Assembly: GCA_964496635.1 (NCBI GenBank)
Contig: CAZCAE010000003.1
Span: 51,658-115,657, forward strand
DNA: 64,000 nt
From: an uncultured Spirochaeta sp.
GTDB lineage: Bacteria; Spirochaetota; Spirochaetia; DSM-27196; Alkalispirochaetaceae
Reading direction: 5' to 3'
Part shown: one piece after another, positions 60,802-64,000 of the stretch
How the letters are laid out: every line of letters starts with the position of its first letter
How positions within the stretch are numbered: the stretch's first letter is position 1
Notes under the pieces: model-generated
Seen by the model: the letters and a program-made list of their open reading frames with translations, nothing else
Told to the model about the DNA's origin: nothing
The model's database searches: none
Made by a program: the position numbers and the translations under genes

Positions 60802-62116
60802 AAAGACAGAACAGGAAAGCGCCGCCAAGGCAGAAGGCCATACCGACCTCTTTGCAAAATGCCACACCGACGGCGGCTATTTCGGCAAGATGCGCGCCAT
60901 AGGAGACGACGAATACACCCGGCCCGTTCTGCCGCCCAACCCGGCCCGGCACATGGTGTTCAAGGGAAAAGAACACATCATGTGGTCGGTCAACAACTAT
61001 CTCGGCCTGGCAAACCACCCGGAAGTTCTTGATGTTGCGAGGAAAACAATAGATGACTTCGGTGTCAGCTCTCCTATGGGCTCCCGCATGATGAGCGGCA
61101 ACACCGAGTACCACCTCGCCTTCGAACGCGAGCTGGCGGAACACGCCGAAAAGGAAGCTGCTTTCCTCTTCAACTACGGCTACATGGGCGTCATCGGAAC
61201 GATCCAGTCGCTGGTGGGCAAGGAAGACGTCATCGTCATGGACAAGCTGGACCATGCATGCATCGTCGACGGTGCCTTCCAGGCCCAGGCGATGAACGGA
61301 GCCCAGCTGAGAGTCTTCAAGCACAACAACATGGAAAACCTGGAGCAGGTGCTGAAACGGGTAAACCGCGACCGCAAAGGGGGCGTCATGATCGTCACCG
61401 AAGGAGTCTACGGCATGACCGGTGACCTGGCCCCCCTGAAGGATATCGCCTCACTTGCAAGGAAGTACGACGCCCGGATATTTATTGACGACGCTCACGG
61501 CTGGGGAACCATGGGTCCCGCCGGAAAAGGTACCGCCGCCCACTTCGGCGTCCAGGATGAGATCGACATCTACTTCGGGACATTTGCCAAGAGCTTTGCC
61601 TCCATCGGCGGCTTTTCCGCCTCCGACAAGGCCGTCACAGACTGGATCGCCTATAACGCCAGGACCCAGGTCTTCGCCAAGAGCCTGCCTATGGTCTACG
61701 TACAGACCCTCCGAAAGACATTCGACCTCGTCAAGGCCGCCGACGACCGCCGCGCCAGGATGTGGGCCCGCAGCAACGCGCTGAAAAGCGGTCTGAAAGA
61801 ACTCGGATTTTACGTGGGCCCCGGCGAATCCATGATCTGTTCCGTCTTTGTCCCCCTGGGAGAGGAATCCATAGAACGGATGGGCGCCGCCACCTCCGGC
61901 TTCCTCCGGCAGAACGGCGTCTTCGTCACCGCCATCGCCTATCCCGTCATCCCCCTCGGCCTGCTCATGTTCCGCATGATCCCCACGGCCATGCACGAAG
62001 AGGAGGACGTGGTAGAGACGCTGCGGGTCTTCAAAGACATGCGGGATAACCTCGGCCTTCGCCTCTCCATGACTGAAGACGAAGACAGGATGATCCGTAA
62101 AGTCTACGGCATCTGA
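60788..62116 (+). CDS. Cysteate-C-fatty acyltransferase (CapB/SulA/CFAT-type alpha-oxoamine synthase)
   Basis: AAGGAG RBS and 14-nt overlap with cysteate synthase. WSVNNYLGLANHPEV, PMGSRMMSGNT, HACIVDG, DDAHG, GTFAKS (PLP Lys), QVFAKSLP, YPVIPLG..RMIPTA. Confidence 0.85.
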   Translation: MLLDEKTEQESAAKAEGHTDLFAKCHTDGGYFGKMRAIGDDEYTRPVLPPNPARHMVFKGKEHIMWSVNNYLGLANHPEVLDVARKTIDDFGVSSPMGSRMMSGNTEYHLAFERELAEHAEKEAAFLFNYGYMGVIGTIQSLVGKEDVIVMDKLDHACIVDGAFQAQAMNGAQLRVFKHNNMENLEQVLKRVNRDRKGGVMIVTEGVYGMTGDLAPLKDIASLARKYDARIFIDDAHGWGTMGPAGKGTAAHFGVQDEIDIYFGTFAKSFASIGGFSASDKAVTDWIAYNARTQVFAKSLPMVYVQTLRKTFDLVKAADDRRARMWARSNALKSGLKELGFYVGPGESMICSVFVPLGEESIERMGAATSGFLRQNGVFVTAIAYPVIPLGLLMFRMIPTAMHEEEDVVETLRVFKDMRDNLGLRLSMTEDEDRMIRKVYGI

Positions 62117-62142
62117 AACGACATCTGATTTTTATATCTGTC

Positions 62143-62252
62143 TTCCGGTGGACCGACCCTGCGGGCGCGGCCACCGGGAACTGACGTTCCGCAAGGTCCC
62201 CTTCCTCATCGAAGGTGGGACCACTCTGCTCGACGGGCTATGTTCCCGTCGA
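62143..62252. terminator. Three consecutive GC-rich hairpins between convergent genes (likely bidirectional terminator/structured 3' UTR)
   Basis: TTCCGGTGG..CCACCGGGAA (62143-62180), GGTCCC-CTTC..GAAG-GGGACC (62195-62222), TCGACGGG..CCCGTCGA (62230-62252). Confidence 0.5.
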
Positions 62253-62270
62253 CCGATAATAACCGGGATG

Positions 62271-63329
62271 TTACTTAATTCGTCCTAAACCCATAGCCCG
62301 TATGATCCACCGCGGAAGAGGTTTTTCCATACCCCGTTTTTTCAGGTCCAGGTACCAGTTCACCTTCTTCATGACTGGAATTTTATACGTCTCGACAAAT
62401 TCAATAAGCGTGCCGTCAGGGTCTTCAATATAGGCAAACCGTCCTGCCGCTTCACCCATATCGAAACGGGATCCCGAATCCACCGTAAAGGGGTGACCCG
62501 CCGCCTCACACCGCATTTTGAGAATGTCCATACCGATAACGTCGAAGCAGAGATGAATAAACCCCAGATCACCCCAGAATCGATCATGAAAAATCCGCTT
62601 TCCCTTGTGATTGACGACTTCAACCAGTTCCAGCTGCGTCTGCCCGAAGAGACGACTGAAGGCGCCGCTATGGCCGGCGGAACGGGTTAGCAGCACCCGT
62701 CGTAACCGACGATCCCCCCCGGGAAAACCGGCAAGGTCTGCGAAGAGATCCTGTTCGTCGTAGATCTTGGTATCATATCCCAGGACAGTCGCGTAAAAAT
62801 CCAGAGCGGCCGCCATATCGGAAACGCCTATCATCACCCCGGAGACCCCACCGGTTTGTCGCCGGGGACTGGAAAACCAGTCGTCACTTTCCACAAGGTG
62901 AAAGAAGTTACCCCATGGATCCCGGACAGCCACCCGCGCCTTACCATCGGGGTCCTCCTGAACCGCTCCAAGGACATCCGCTCCCTGAGACTGAAGGCGC
63001 TGGTAGGCTTGATGGACTCCTTTGGTTTTGATGCGTCCCACCAGCAGCCCGTAGTCACCAATCTCTACCGGTTCCGCCGGTGCCTTGGGAGGCCTGCTTG
63101 TATACTGCCATATCTCAAAACCACCACCACCGGCGAGATTCACCGCAAGCATCGCATCTCGGCTATGCACCTGCCCCCCTGTGTAGGGTGTCATAAATGG
63201 TGCCTCCGCAGCTTCACGAAAGACAGGGACATCCACGTTAAAAGTCTTCCGGTACCAATCAAATGCCGCGTTGGTGTCGGGAATGCCAATCCCCAGTTGT
63301 TGAATACCACTGAACAAGACGTTATTCAT
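62271..63329 (-). CDS. Tandem VOC/glyoxalase-fold protein
   Basis: Two VOC repeats: GIQQLGIG..FEIWQY, GVMIGVSD..LELVE..HLCFDV..IEDPDGTLIEFVE. Confidence 0.85.
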   Translation of the reverse strand: MNNVLFSGIQQLGIGIPDTNAAFDWYRKTFNVDVPVFREAAEAPFMTPYTGGQVHSRDAMLAVNLAGGGGFEIWQYTSRPPKAPAEPVEIGDYGLLVGRIKTKGVHQAYQRLQSQGADVLGAVQEDPDGKARVAVRDPWGNFFHLVESDDWFSSPRRQTGGVSGVMIGVSDMAAALDFYATVLGYDTKIYDEQDLFADLAGFPGGDRRLRRVLLTRSAGHSGAFSRLFGQTQLELVEVVNHKGKRIFHDRFWGDLGFIHLCFDVIGMDILKMRCEAAGHPFTVDSGSRFDMGEAAGRFAYIEDPDGTLIEFVETYKIPVMKKVNWYLDLKKRGMEKPLPRWIIRAMGLGRIK

Positions 63330-63380
63330 GGAAAGAGCGCTCCTTTTATCAAGTTATTATATCAAAAGGTGTCAAAATGG

Positions 63381-64000
63381 TCACGGGAGAGACAAAAAAA
63401 GGACTCCCCACTGAATCGCCACAAAAAAGAGCAGAACTATACGCCCTGTCGTTGAAGTTTCCGCAGCCGTGGCTTTCCTGCGCTGTATATCGGAAACAGA
63501 CGCATCCATATTTCTCAGTGACTCGTACACCCCAAGCAACAGGTCGTCGGCACTATGAAGCGGTGCCGCGAACCGAAGTTCTTCCCGACGCTCCATGATC
63601 TGCTCAAAAGACCAGAAAAGCTTTCCGGCCACCGTTCCAATCCGACCGGGAATTTTCAGATCCGCTCGAACGGAGATTAGAGAGAGAAATACCATACCCA
63701 CAACGGTGAAAGCTTTGTATAAACCGCTTCTCAGGGCGCCCGTCGTTACCGGTAATCCCATAAACTCAAAAAGAACCGCCCCTGTGGGAACGAGAAGATG
63801 AAAGAATGTAATACCTAGAGATATTGTGATGAAATAGAGCCATAACAGACGCTTCCCCGCCAACGTGGTCAGCCATCCAAAGAGAACAACCTGAAACACT
63901 CGAATTACCAGACTATCCTGCAGAAGAAAGGCCGGTAACGCTGCCATACCCGATAGAAACAATCCGGCAGCGGAAAGATGAGCGGTGATCCATGGGTGTT
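63381..64000 (-). CDS. Membrane protein, EcfT-like (5' end probably beyond the window)
   Basis: Multi-TM; LVPTGAVLF..VTTGALRSG resembles ECF T components; the reading frame stays open to the window edge. Confidence 0.55.
   Translation of the reverse strand, partial: HPWITAHLSAAGLFLSGMAALPAFLLQDSLVIRVFQVVLFGWLTTLAGKRLLWLYFITISLGITFFHLLVPTGAVLFEFMGLPVTTGALRSGLYKAFTVVGMVFLSLISVRADLKIPGRIGTVAGKLFWSFEQIMERREELRFAAPLHSADDLLLGVYESLRNMDASVSDIQRRKATAAETSTTGRIVLLFFVAIQWGVLFLSLP

Noticed and set aside
60788-62116. Annotating the AOS enzyme as bioF, kbl or serine palmitoyltransferase
   Set aside because: No bio or tdh genes nearby; QVFAKSL replaces the FS(A/T)xLPP of those families; the gene is coupled to a cysteate synthase.
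1-64000. CRISPR arrays, tRNA/rRNA genes, IS elements, prophage or defence genes
   Set aside because: No spaced direct repeats, cloverleafs, transposase/integrase motifs or defence domains were seen; intergenic gaps are almost all under 200 bp.

Overview
This 64 kb window is core chromosome of a free-living spirochaete (Spirochaetaceae-like). The assignment is inferred from the rpsT-HU-rho-rpmE order, a long spirochaete-type coiled-coil protein, alpha2-type GlyRS and two Lnt paralogues. It holds about 55 genes: alaA-gltX-glyQS-tyrS, a catalytically dead HD-GYP protein, surE-TPR-NHL-clpS-clpA-aat, lnt x2, rho, rpmE2, rpsT, HU, a plsC + heterodimeric ABC exporter, an M23-bactofilin-yaaR-ricT operon, tatD, rlmB, grpE-dnaK-dnaJ, a TPR/outer-membrane-barrel/ExbBD/TonB operon, der, ptsI, tlyA-ymdB-rny. 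I found no tRNA, rRNA, CRISPR array or transposase. The main finding is at the right end (59.3-62.1 kb): a two-gene operon encoding a cysteate synthase and a cysteate-C-fatty acyltransferase (CapB/SulA/CFAT-type alpha-oxoamine synthase with the QxFAKSL motif). These are the first two steps of capnine/sulfonolipid synthesis, which I know only from Bacteroidota and relatives. The operon sits opposite a TetR gene, has an operator-like palindrome over its predicted -35 box, and the acyltransferase has anomalously high GC3. Other observations: many apparently leaderless promoters, a Ton/Tol-like envelope operon, a cryptic NlpC/P60-like protein, and several pseudo-enzymes. All protein assignments come from motif recognition and recalled family sequences; no database searches were run.
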